Assembly: GCA_964016885.1 (NCBI GenBank)
Contig: OZ024740.1
Location: 12,028,001 to 12,092,000, forward strand
DNA length: 64,000 nucleotides
Direction of reading: 5' to 3'
Source of the DNA: Eledone cirrhosa
Lineage: Eukaryota
Numbering within the stretch: the stretch's first letter is position 1; each line of letters opens with the position of its first letter. The position numbers and the translations under genes were made by a program. The notes under the pieces are model-generated. The model did no database searches and was not told the origin of the DNA. It saw only the letters and a list, made by a program, of their open reading frames with translations. Positions 13,122 to 25,529 of this stretch are shown here, piece after piece.

Positions 13122-15092
13122 TTTTGTGTATAATATTTATAAGGTTCCTAGCAATAATATATTTGTGTATAATATTTATAAGGTTCCTAGCAATAATATG
13201 TTTATAATATTTATAAGGTTCCTAGCAATAATATATTTGTCTATAATATTTATAAGGTTCCTAGCAATAATATGTTTATCTATAATATTTATAAGGTTCC
13301 TAGCAATAATATGTTTGTGTATAATATTTATAAGGTTCCTAGCAATAATATGTTTATCTATAATATTTATAAGGTTCCTAGCAATAATATATTTGTCTAT
13401 AATATTTATAAGGTTCCTAGCAATAATATGTTTATCTATAATATTTATAAGGTTCCTAGCAATAATATGTTTATCTATAATATTTATAAGGTTCCTAGCA
13501 ATAATATGTTTATCTATAATATTTATAAGGTTCCTAGCAATAATGTTTGTCTATAATATTTATAAGGTTCCTAGCAATAATATGTTTATCTATAATATTT
13601 ATAAGGTTCCTAGCAATAATATATTTATCTATAATATTTATAAGGTTACTAGCAATAATATGTTTGTGTATAATATTTATAAGGTTCCTAGCAATAATAT
13701 GTTTATCTATAATATTTATAAGGTTCCTAGCAATAATATATTTGTCTATAATATTTATAAGGTTCCTAGCAATAATATGTTTATCTATAATATTTATAAG
13801 GTTCCTAGCAATAATATATTTGTCTATAATATTTATAAGGTTCCTAGCAATAATATGTTTGTCTATAATATTTATAAGGTTCCTAGCAATAATATGTTTG
13901 TGTATAATATTTATAAGGTTCCTAGCAATAATATGTTTATCTATAATATTTATAAGGTTCCTAGCAATAATATGTTTGTCTATAATATTTATAAGGTTCC
14001 TAGCAATAATATGTTTATCTATAATATTTATAAGGTTCCTAGCAATAATATGTTTATCTATAATATTTATAAGGTTCCTAGCAATAATATGTTTATCTAT
14101 AATATTTATAAGGTTTCTAGCAATAATGTTTGTCTATAATATTTATAAGGTTCCTAGCAATAATATGTTTATCTATAATATTTATAAGGTTCCTAGCAAT
14201 AATATGTTTGTGTATAATATTTATAAGGTTCCTAGCAGTAATATGTTTATCTATAATATTTATAAGGTTCCTAGCAATAATATGTTTATCTATAATATTT
14301 ATAAGGTTCCTAGCAATAATATGTTTATCTATAATATTTATAAGGTTCCTAGCAATAATATGTTTGTCTATAATATTTATAAGGTTCCTAGCAATAATAT
14401 GTTTATCTATAATATTTATAAGGTTCCTAGCAATAATATGTTTGTGTATAATATTTATAAGGTTCCTAGCAATAATATGTTTATCTATAATATTTATAAG
14501 GTTCCTAGCAATAATATGTTTATCTATAATATTTATAAGGTTCCTAGCAATAATATGTTTGTCTATAATATTTATAAGGTTCCTAGCAATAATATGTTTA
14601 TCTATAATATTTATAAGGTTCCTAGCAATAATATGTTTGTCTATAATATTTATAAGGTTCCTAGCAATAATATGTTTATCTATAATATTTATAAGGTTCC
14701 TAGCAATAATATGTTTATCTATAATATTTATAAGGTTCCTAGCAATAATATGTTTATCTATAATATTTATAAGGTTCCTAGCAATAATATGTTTATCTAA
14801 TATTTATAAGGTTCCTAGCAATAATATGTTTATCTATAATATTTATAAGGTTTCTAGCAATAATGTTTGTCTATAATATTTATAAGGTTCCTAGCAATAA
14901 TATGTTTGTCTATAATATTTATAAGGTTCCTAGCAATAATATGTTTATCTATAATATTTATAAGGTTCCTAGCAATAATATGTTTATCTAATATTTATAA
15001 GGTTCCTAGCAATAATATATTTGTCTATAATATTTATAAGGTTCCTAGCAATAATGTTTGTGTATAATATTTATAAGGTTCCTAGCAATAAT
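13122..15092. repeat. 39-bp tandem satellite, ~50 copies
   Basis: Unit tataatatttataaggttcctagcaataatatgtttatc; the ORF track shows a 13-aa period, with occasional 2-bp deletions. Confidence 0.97.
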
Positions 15093-15514
15093 TAATTGAT
15101 TACATGTATGTACTTCTATTTAATCTTATATATTTGTTATATGATAATAAAAAGTCATCATCAAATATAGCTAATGATGTAAAATGTAAGGTATACCTTT
15201 CTTGAAATTAGCAACACATGTAATGTGGTTATACATTACAGATGCTATTTCTTCCCTAGTATACCTATGCCGTCAACAGTGCTGTTTAAAGAAAGTGGTG
15301 ACATTTGTTTATGTCCTGCAGTACATACTATACTTAGAAATAAAGTATGAGTTGGCAATCAGGAATAGTATCTGGCTATAAAAATAAATAAATCAGCCTG
15401 AAAAAGATTTTGTCTAACTCATGCCAGCATGGAAAAGCAGATTTTAAAATAATGATGATTTTTAATTTAGGCACAATGGCAGTAGTTTGTAAGGGAAGAT
15501 CAAGTAATTCACCA

Positions 15515-15739
15515 AATAAGAATGTCTCAGGAAAGAATCACTGGACAGATTTTACAGGCAAAAACCAACCAGCAGGAGACCCTGGGGTAGACCCCGGGCA
15601 AGATGGTTGGATGACATCCATGAGCTTGTCTGGTCTCAGAAGAGGATCTAGCCGGATCAGTTGGTCATGGTTGCGTGTTTGAGGACTCTGTCCCCACAAC
15701 CCTCTCAAGAAGAAGAAGAAGAAAGCGGCGGCTAATGAT
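15515..15739 (+). mobile_element. 3' fragment of a second RTE (Expander-like) family
   Basis: Reads MSQERITGQILQAK / PTSRRPWGRPRARWLDDI and ends ccccacaaccctctc...aagcggcggctaatgat. Confidence 0.6.
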
Positions 15740-15985
15740 TTCTTTATTAACCACAAGGGTTTACATAAAGTAGACATTAAGGACAGTGCAGGACAATACA
15801 GGACGGTACAAATGGGCATTTCTGCGTGTAAAAAACAAAAACAGAGGATGTAACAAAAAAAATAATGAAAAATTCCCCAATAGGGGGGAGACTTCGGAGG
15901 GACATTTGTGGAGAAAGCCCAGTAAAAGGCCACAGTGACCCTGACCACCAGGGCAAGTGCCCTCTCCCAGTTTTCCACCTTTAAT

Positions 15986-18900
15986 TTACAGACACATACT
16001 CAGAGTAGGTCCACTCACTCGGGCCATTCTTGCTTCTCTCACCCATCTTTCAACAAAATGGTGGGAAGAGAGCACTTCCCTCTCTACCCTGATTTTCCTT
16101 TTCAAATGAAATTTGAAAAAGTTAATCAGGGCATCACTGAAGAGGTAAGTGCTCGTCTTCAGCCCTTTCAAACGTGTCCACCATACTATATCTTTCGCCA
16201 TGGCCACCAGACAGATAAAAACTGCCTGCCCTTCCCGGCTAAAGGAAGAGGGCAGGGCAATCCTCACGATGGACTCAGATGATAGCCGGATCCGTCCTAC
16301 ACGCGACAGCAGGTGTTCGACAAACCCACAAATCAGCAATTTTCGGACACTGGACGAGTGCGTGCAGTACGGTTTCGTCGCCCTGCGCGCATCTCGGACA
16401 TGCCCGGCTGACGGCACCTCCATGCCTGTAGAGTTTATCCCGAACTGACAAAGCTCCTTGGTAGCACTGCCAGGCCAGAGATTTCTGGAAGTTGTCCATA
16501 GGTCCCGGCCCGAAAGTTCTTCCGAAGAGATTGGTTAGTTGATTTTCGTCGACGCCTAGAGTTTCCCCAAGTACGTCGTCGCTCTTCCCCTCCACTAATC
16601 CTCTATAGAACGCCGAGGTGGAGTTTCCACCGATCACATTGCCCGATTGGGCGAGGGCTGTGAGCGCCTGAAGACATTCCAGTCTCCAGGCGCTCCCTCT
16701 CGGTCTTCGCTTGACCCAGGACTGCAGCTCCGTCAAGGAAACGAGCTGGGGAAATACGTGTCTAGCAAACGGTGACCACACCTGATCACCGTCTAGGAAG
16801 AGGTGGATATGTCGTAGCCTGAGCACGTGTCTGCGCATCATCAGCCACGGCATGCCCAGCCCTCCACGTAGCGGGTGTTGACAGCAGATGGACCGCCTGA
16901 CCATCGGAGCGCGTCCCTTCCACAAAAAGCGAAAGAGCAAACGCTCCAGCGCAGTCAGGCGGGGCTTAGGACAAGGTACGACGGTCAGGCGGTAGCAGAT
17001 GACAGACGCGATGTACGCGTTAGCCACCTCCGCTCGACCTTTCAGGGATAGCTTCCTCTCCGCCTATTTCTGGGTGAGAGAAGCCACTCTGCTCGTCACC
17101 TCGTCCCAGTTTTTGTCCGTCTGGAGGTCTGGACCGAACCATACCCCTAGCAATTTATCCGTCCAGCGTCCGACGACGCTGTTGGACGGCATGGACCTGC
17201 CTCTCCAGGTGCCGAGCTGCAGGCCCACTGACTTTTCCTGGTTGGTCATTGCTCCTGTCACTGCTTCGTATTCTCTTAGTGTAGTGCCGATCGCCTCCAT
17301 GTGTTTGGCGTTCGACACCACTACGGTGACATCGTCTGCATATGCTGACACGGATCTTCCACATCCTAGTTCGCGCGGGACGCCCCTCAACGTCTCCAGT
17401 TTGTGCAGTAATGGCTCGAGAGTCAATACGTACAAGAGGGACGACAGGGGACATCCTTGGCGGACCGAGCGCATGATGTTGAACGGTTCCGAAAGGGGAC
17501 CATTCACTCTCACCACAGAGCAGATGTCGCTGTGCATGGCAGCGATCCAGCCTCTGAAGACGGGCCCAAAGCCAGCCGCCCTCAGGACTGCCGCTAGGTA
17601 ACGATGGTCGACCCTATCGAAAGCTTTCGACTGATCTAAATTGATCAAGGACCCACCCATGCCAGGTTCCCTAGCTACGCTCTCTACAATGTATCGCATG
17701 AGGTGGAGGTTGTCGTGGATGGATCTGTCGGGAATGGCGCATGTCTGCGCCTCTCCCACCAGACCACCAACGACAAGCGCCAACCTCTTTGCTAGCACCT
17801 TGGCCAAAATCTTGAACTCTGTGTTTAGCAGAGTTATGGGCCTGAAATTATCTATGTTATCCCCCTTGTTCGGATCCTTTCTCAGCAGTGCCACCGCTCC
17901 TCGGCTCACAGAGCTGGGAATTCTCCCGTTCTGTTGCCAGTTGCAGTAGACGTCTGCCAAGAGGCCTCCAAACAAGTCTGGCATCTGTACGTAAAGTTCA
18001 TAGGGCAGACCATCCAAACGAGGCGATTTACCCCTTGTGCAGCCAGTCATTGCCTCCCGTACTTCAGCGGCTGTTATCGGCTTTTCGCAACACTCCGCCT
18101 CAGTGGCCGAGAGCCGCGGCAGTCCGTCGAGGTAGACACTAAAGTCCATCCCTCGACCCAGCCAACCGCTGCCCCCGAACAGCTGAGCGAAGTGTCGCTG
18201 AAAAGCTTCACACATTTGCCCGGGATCGAGTAGCATGCGTCCGTCGTGGTCCACCAAAGACCGGATCGTGGCTTTCTTGCCACGACGCGCCTCCGCCACT
18301 CGGGCCCATTGAACGGCTTTCGTCCCCTCGTGTCTGAGAGCACGCACCCTAGCTCTGACAACGCAGCCTTCGTGCTTTGCATTGAAGAATTGGTCAAGGG
18401 TCAATTTCGCCGCAAGTACGTCGGTCGCGATGCCTTTGCTAAGCGCCTCGTCTAATTTTCTAACTAGTTCTCCCTCTACTCTATTTTTCTCTATTGCTAA
18501 AGCCTTACTAAACCTAATAGATTCTATTCTAATCGCTCTTTTCAGAGCAAACCACCACTTGTTGTTGACGATGGCCCCCGTCAACGCCCTCTTAACTAGT
18601 TCGCTAATCCGGTCTCTGTAGGCCTTGCGCGCTGGTAAGGACGCGTTTAGCTTCCAGTAGCCGGGTCCTCGTCTATGAAGCCTATCTAAGTCAAGCACAC
18701 AGATCACGAATTTGTGGTCCGTGTAGCTGACTATCTTGAATTGTGGACAGCCTATGCTAGACCTATCTATTTGCCTACAAAATACTCTATCTAGATATGA
18801 TCTGGATGACCCTATGCGATTTGTCCAAGTCCACATTGGCACATTTTGGAGATCCAATCGGTACCTGTCAGACAGTTCAAAACGCCTGAGCAGGTTGGTG

Positions 18901-19394
18901 AGGCTCTTGCACCCTCCACCCCTATCCGATAATCCCACACAGTCCCAGCGTGCATCTAAGATCCCGTTCCAGTCGCCCACTAACACTAAAGAGCGGGACG
19001 TTCCAAGAAAGGTCTCCAGACGCCGGAAGAAATCAGGCCGCCCTGCTCCTGTCGGGGCATAGACGGCCACTAGCCTGAAAGCTTGCCCGTCTCTGCTGGT
19101 CACGTCCAGCACCACCAACTTACCCTCTGGGTCCAGGAAGATGGCCCGTATGGCGAGATCCAAACCTCTCCGAAAAAGCACAGCAACTCCTCCCCTCGAT
19201 CCAGGACGGCTGGGAGATGCGTACACATCGTAGCCGCCGAAGATCGGTGCAAAGGCCCGTGCTTCGGAGATTCTGGTCTCGCTGATGGCCACTACATCTA
19301 TGTTTAGTGACCTGAGGTCGTTGAGCAGGTGACCCTGCTTCCATGACGACCCCAAGCCACGCGCATTTATGCTGCTTATTCTGAGTGAGGTCAT
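15986..19394 (-). pseudogene. Tx1/L1 ORF2 (APE endonuclease, reverse transcriptase, C-terminal zinc finger)
   Basis: Motifs SINARGL, ISETR, VYAP, VGDWN, LDRVF, TDHK; FRPITLLN, DQSKAFDRV, RQGCPLS, YADD; CPRC..ETVLHALVQCP. In-frame TAG at 17064-17066 and a frameshift near 16320. Confidence 0.92.
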
Positions 19395-19429
19395 GTTTAA
19401 AATGGAGTGGAAAAGATGGGAAAGACCAC

Positions 19430-21558
19430 TTACCGTACTTTACGTAGAGGAAGGATGGTTTCTCCATCCCTTTTCACTTGATCGTCTGGTGAAGGGACCG
19501 TTGAATCGTCCCTTCGGCTGGTCGTCGGCTCTTCTATGAGTATGTCCGAATATACTCTCCGGTTGAGAGTCCCTCCTAGGTCTCTGAAATCACCAACTGC
19601 GTTGGGGAATTTCGTTTTAATGTTTCTGTATTGTTTCTGTGCTATTTTTACCAATCTTATGTTCGTTGGTGTTTTGATTGGTGCTGGTATTATGTAGTCG
19701 TGCTGTGAAATGTCTGTGTGTTCAATTATGTAAGTCATTAGTTTCTTGTTGTGTGTATTTATTGCCGTGCATTTGTTTTTTTGGGGGTGGAGTGTGGTTC
19801 TGCTATTTTCTTGTCGTTGTTGCTGGGTGTGTGTGTTTTGTTGTTGTGTTTGCGATGTTGGTGCTTGTGGTGGTGGTGTTGAAGGTGTTGTTGTTGGCGG
19901 TGGGGTTGTCGCCGGTGGTGATGGTGGTGCTAGTGTGGGTGGTGATGGTGTTGGTGGTGTTGCTGCTGTGAGTCTCTTTGCAGTAGCCTTTACCCTTTTT
20001 TCATTTCTTTCCTCCATTTTCGAAGGCGACGATGCGCTGCTTCTGCGTTTGTGCCTTCTTGCGATCTTTTGCCATCCCTCTCCCACCTCACACTCCATGT
20101 CTGATTCCGTAAGGTCGGGGAGGGGTACCAGCTCCACTCTTTCACTTGTTGTTGTTGGTGATGTTTGCAGTGGAGTCTCTGTTGGAGCTGCAGTTGGTAT
20201 TACTGTTGTTGTTGTTAATACTTCCACTGCTGCTGCTCTTCTTGATTTCCTTGGCTTGGGTATGGGTGCCACGGACCTATCGTTCCTGGTTGCCGCTTGT
20301 CCTGTTGAAGGTAGTAGTGGAGCCGGATTCGGAAGGAGGGGGGTTTCTCCTTTCTCAGGGTCTTCTCGTTGCAGAAGGCCCTCAGGTGAGTCTTCGATCC
20401 ACAGCGAAAGCATTTCGGGCGTTTGCCCTCAACACTTATGGGCAGTTGAGTGCCGTTATCGAAGTCTATCACATCGGGGATAACTTCGATGCACTCCTGG
20501 TTGGTTTGGATTAACATCTCAATGGAGGTGCCGACCCAATCTTCTCTTACTCTTTTCTGTACTTACAGTACAGTTGTTTTGTCCTCGATTCCGACGAGGA
20601 CAGACGCGGCCAGCCAAGAAGGGGCCATCCCGGGGGGGACGTGGGTCAGTTTGACCCTCACAATTTTTTGCCCACAGTAGGAGGGCACCAACACCATTTC
20701 CTCGCTCCTTAGGATCACTAAGGATTGAGCCTTTGCCTCCTGGGGTGTGGAAAAAAGCACGTCTACGGTGGCATATTTCTTGCCTCGGGTGATATGCGTT
20801 TTCCGCTGCCACACAGACCCTAAGGCTTTTTGTATTTGAGCCTCTGTGGATCTTTCAACCCTACGGGATTTTGTGCTTACTGTACAGTACGTGACCGTAC
20901 AGTGCTGTTGGGTTTCTAAAAAAATTTCGGCTGCCTTGCAGATTGCTCGGTGTCCGGTTTTCGTCACTATCTTCTTCGCTTCCTCTAATTCCTCATTTGT
21001 TATGAGGATGGTTTCCAGGTTCTTTGCGATACCTGCAAACGAGATTGGTTTTTCTTTGCTGCTGTTGTTGTTGTTGTTGTTGTTGTCGTCAGAGCTGCTG
21101 TTACTTTTGTTGTTGCTGCAGGTACTACGACTACTGCCGCCGCCGCTGTTGCTGTGGTTGTTGTTGTTGCTGCTGATGCTGTTGTTGTTGCTGTTGCTGC
21201 TAATGCTATTGTTGTTTATGCTGATGCTGTTTCGGCTGCTACCGTTGTTTTCCTTGTCACTGTTGCTGCTGCTGCTGTTATTACGGCTGCTACTGCTATT
21301 ATTCATGACGTTAGATGAATGAAATGGGTTTTCGTATTTCCCGCACACCTTTTTCGTCGTTGTCGTCGTGGAGAAATCTTGCACGCTTTCTACGTGATTT
21401 TTCTTTACTGGCGTCGCTTGCGAAAGAGAAGGGAGGGAGAGAGACACATTTAGAGAAGGGAGGGAGAGAGACAATCTTCTCTCTGCTGTAGTGACGATTG
21501 AGGAAGAAGAAGACGGAATGAGTGGGAGTAACCCATGAAAATTCTTTTTCGTAGCCAT
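19430..21558 (-). pseudogene. Tx1/L1 ORF1 (gag-like)
   Basis: CFRCGSKTHLRAFC = CX2CX4HX4C, in frame with 21558-20563 across a TAA at 20563-20565. A frameshift then leads into the Pro/Thr-rich part ending at 19430. The N-terminus is Asn/Ser-rich. Confidence 0.8.
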
Positions 21559-21772
21559 GTTTTTTTTTGTTTAAAATAAATATTGGACACAAAACCCCAA
21601 TAAGCGGTTATTTAACCCCGAAGGGCCAAATAACGGGCAGAAAGACCCCTCTCACGAGGAGGAGGGTGTTTTTGTCTACAATTTGGTTAAAGTTTTAAAC
21701 AATTTACAATTGTTATAGCGGTCAAAATTTACAATACCTTACAGAGCCGAGATTCTGTCAACCATAGCATTC

Positions 21773-21808
<36 letters not shown>

Positions 21809-21966
21809 TTGTAAAAAATGATTAAAAAATAAATAAATAAGGCACGAAAATACAAAAACACTTATAAATCATTAAAGGAAAAAAAAAGGAAACAATTAAA
21901 AGGTAATATGTAAGAAAGAAATACATAAAAAAAAGAAAACATTTAAAGTAAAAGACGTCAGTACCA

Positions 21967-22088
21967 GCCTCTATATTTCCTGATCCCTTGTATTGCTAAA
22001 GATCCACAAAACAAACATCAGTTGAAGCAATTTGAAATTTGAGTGGATAACCCCTCAATTCTACAGCATCACAGTAACTGTAAACCCT
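21967..22088 (-). other. Candidate non-coding (5'UTR?) exon
   Basis: Strong acceptor ttttttcttcag|G and donor CTG|GTACTG; stops in all three frames. Confidence 0.25.
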
Positions 22089-22497
22089 GAAGAAAAAAAT
22101 AGGGAATAGGTAAAAATAGGGGTCATGTTGTTGTTTGTATATCAGCTCCACCTATGTTGACTCCAGTTCTAAACTACCCCACCCATCTCGATATGGGTAC
22201 ATGGGTGGGTTAAGGGTATGTAGAGATAAGGATGGAGAAAAGTATGTTGAGTAAAATAATATGTAATGTTAATCTTGTTGATGAAATTGTTATAGAAGGA
22301 AAAATAGTAAAAGTAAGAAGTTTAAAGAGCCCCTTGATGGGATTTAAATGATGTTACATAATTTGAACTCCCAACAAGGTTTTCCTGATAACACTTATCA
22401 AACTGATCAAGAGAATATATATATATATGTTCAGTTATATATTATCAATATGATATGTATATACACAAACAAATACATATATACATACATACATATA

Positions 22498-22850
22498 TGA
22501 TGATGGCTGCCCCCTCGTTATCGAGTATGACCATTGCACGTTATACCATTATTAATAATTATTAATTAATTCTATTGTGCAATGCCTGTGCGTGAAGATA
22601 TTTTTTAAAGTGAGGAAAGACTGTGCACTGATCCAATCCCACTCTCTGAGCGACAGTAGCTATAACCCGAAAAGAAGAAAAGATCAACATCATCGGTAAC
22701 TACTGAGCCGCAGGTTTTATGTCGGAGTTATCCCAGTTTCCTGAGATGCCTTCTCCTAGAAGAACGCCCTGACAAAGGCTAGGGATCCTTCACTCCCAGG
22801 GGTTTAACTGTGCGATCGGGTGTCCAGCCCAACTATTTCTATGTCCCTGC
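22498..22850 (-). mobile_element. Short non-autonomous RTE/BovB-related element (5'UTR-like part plus 3' tail)
   Basis: Minus strand has tagcctt...ttctaggagaagg (RTE 5'UTR-like) and ends ggtcatactcgataacgagggggcagccatcatca (BovB-like tail). Confidence 0.45.
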
Positions 22851-22973
22851 ACATATACATACACATGCACCCATGTATATACACATGTACATATACATAC
22901 ATATGTATATGTGTATATACATATTTACACACTTGTGGATTGCCGTTGACTCTTATGAGTTCTTCCGCCCTTA

Positions 22974-23525
22974 TCATCATCATCATCGTTTAACGTCTAT
23001 CTTCCACGCCAACATGGGTTTAGATGGGAATTGTCCCACTTGAGGCAAGATTGGTCGCCTCACTCGTATAGGACTATCTGGCAGATTTTCTACGGCTGGA
23101 TGCCCTTCCTAACACCAACCACGTTTACAGTGTGGACTGTGAACTTTTTACTGTTACCTACATGACCACATTACAGTATTTTTTTGTCGTGACACCTACA
23201 CAACCTCATTTATTTAGAACTGGATGTTGTGGTACCAACTTTACAGAGAAAGGGGTGGTGTTGATGGGGGTCGGGGAGTTTGGGTAGGGGGGGGGGGTTT
23301 ATTATATTTGGTTAAGAGGTGCGTACTGACCGTAGGTTTCGCTTTGTACTTAGGCAAGGTGGGTTTTCTGTATAACTGTGTGGTGCCAAAGATCTCGGTC
23401 CAGTGACATTGTCTTGGAGAGGTGTAAGTGTGTAAGGTCAGAATTTATCAAATCGTCCCAGGTTTTTCTGGGTCTGCCTACTCCGTAATTTTGATCGCCC
23501 TGCACTTTTTTATACAGCTGTCGTC
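22974..23525 (-). mobile_element. RTE 3' fragment of the 25530-28370 family
   Basis: Reverse complement of the ORF end (DSCIKKCRAIK...KTWD...LHLSKTMSLDRDLW), the 3'UTR and the (GAT)n tail. Confidence 0.88.
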
Positions 23526-23809
23526 ATATACTTACATATATACATACATACATATATACTTACATATATACTTACATATATATTTACATACACATGTATA
23601 TATATGCATACATACACAGTTACACATAAACATATACATATGTGGTGGTGATGGTGGTAGAGTTGGTGGTGATAGAAGTAGCTGGGATAATGGTCTAGTG
23701 ATTGTTTGGTTGTTATTGTTTAGCCCCAGGCAGACCTTTATCATATACACATTTGATCAAAATCATTCCAGCCATGACCATCCTGTCTTTTAAAGGGAAT
23801 TTTGAAAAA

Positions 23810-24250
23810 GTACCCAGTCCAACATGTCAGTTGGTGTTTTGGTGCCACGATAACAAGCACACTGTAAATGTGGTTGGCGTTAGGAAGGGCAGATCCATAT
23901 GAGTATGATCTATATGATTGATCTAAATATAGATCTATATGAGCATAACACAGTCAACTGATCTGACTCGACTCACAATGGGATAACTTGTTTAACCCAT
24001 GCTAGCATGGAAATAAGATTTTAAATAGTGTTGATGATGATGATGATGATGATGATGGTGATAATGATGTTGGTGATGATGATGATAGTGTTGGTGATGA
24101 TGATGATAGTGTTGGTGATGATGATGATAGTGTTAGTGATGACGATCATAGAGTTGGTGATGATGATGAGGATGATGATGGGATGATGGTGATGATGATG
24201 ATTATGATGACGGCAATAATGATAATGATGATGAAAATGATGATGATTGA
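23810..24250 (+). mobile_element. SINE/RTE tail fragment with an expanded (GAT)n tract
   Basis: cacactgtaaatgtggttggcgttaggaaggg...aacccatgctagcatgg followed by ~220 bp of degenerate GAT repeats. Confidence 0.7.
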
Positions 24251-24623
24251 CCTACATTATCCAATGTATCCATTCCTTATACGAGATGGTAAAATGTGAT
24301 TTGAGCGAGGTTTGGTTGCTATTTCTAGTCAGTCAAACAACCATATAGAAGCAAGCTCCCTAGAAATAAGACTAAGTATACTTTAGACATAACAGATGCC
24401 GTGTTATAATATATTAGGTGAGAGAGAAGAGAGAAGACAGCGCCAATATATAAAAGTAGGGGCTCCTCTAAAACTGGTGAGATTGAAGTATTTGATATAA
24501 TAGCCACACATTGACTAGTCAAACTGACAGCCTTAATGTTGAGGCCCTCACACAGCTCAGATTCATATGGAGATTAGATGAGAGAAAAATACATAACAAA
24601 AATACTGTTATATATATTTATAT

Positions 24624-24656
<33 letters not shown>

Positions 24657-24701
24657 GCATGGCCTCAGCCGGATGGCTGAAACAGGTAAAAGAGTAAAAG
24701 A

Positions 24702-24762
<61 letters not shown>

Positions 24763-24827
24763 TAAGTTATTCCGGGTTGAATCGGAGGTATTCATAGTAA
24801 GTAAGGTACTCAATACATAGCAGAGTA

Positions 24828-25514
<687 letters not shown>

Positions 25515-25529
25515 CATATATATATATCT

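Larger units (their letters stand above)
15740..21772 (-). mobile_element. Near full-length L1/Tx1-clade non-LTR retrotransposon (~6.0 kb), disabled
   Basis: 5'UTR, ORF1 with CCHC knuckle, ORF2 with APE-RT-zinc finger, and a 3'UTR ending AATAAAGAA. The 5' flank is (ATT)n. Confidence 0.92.

Noticed and set aside
13126-15067. ORFs of IIFIRFLAIICLS / YNIYKVPSNNMF repeats
   Set aside because: Artefact of a 39-bp unit; the frames swap at 2-bp deletions.
15707-15724. (TTC)n target site of the Tx1 element (Koshi-like)
   Set aside because: The AAG run lies ~15 bp away, inside the neighbouring RTE fragment, not at the junction.
16149-21322. Plus-strand ORFs overlapping the Tx1 element
   Set aside because: Antisense shadows of ORF1/ORF2 with no recognisable motifs.
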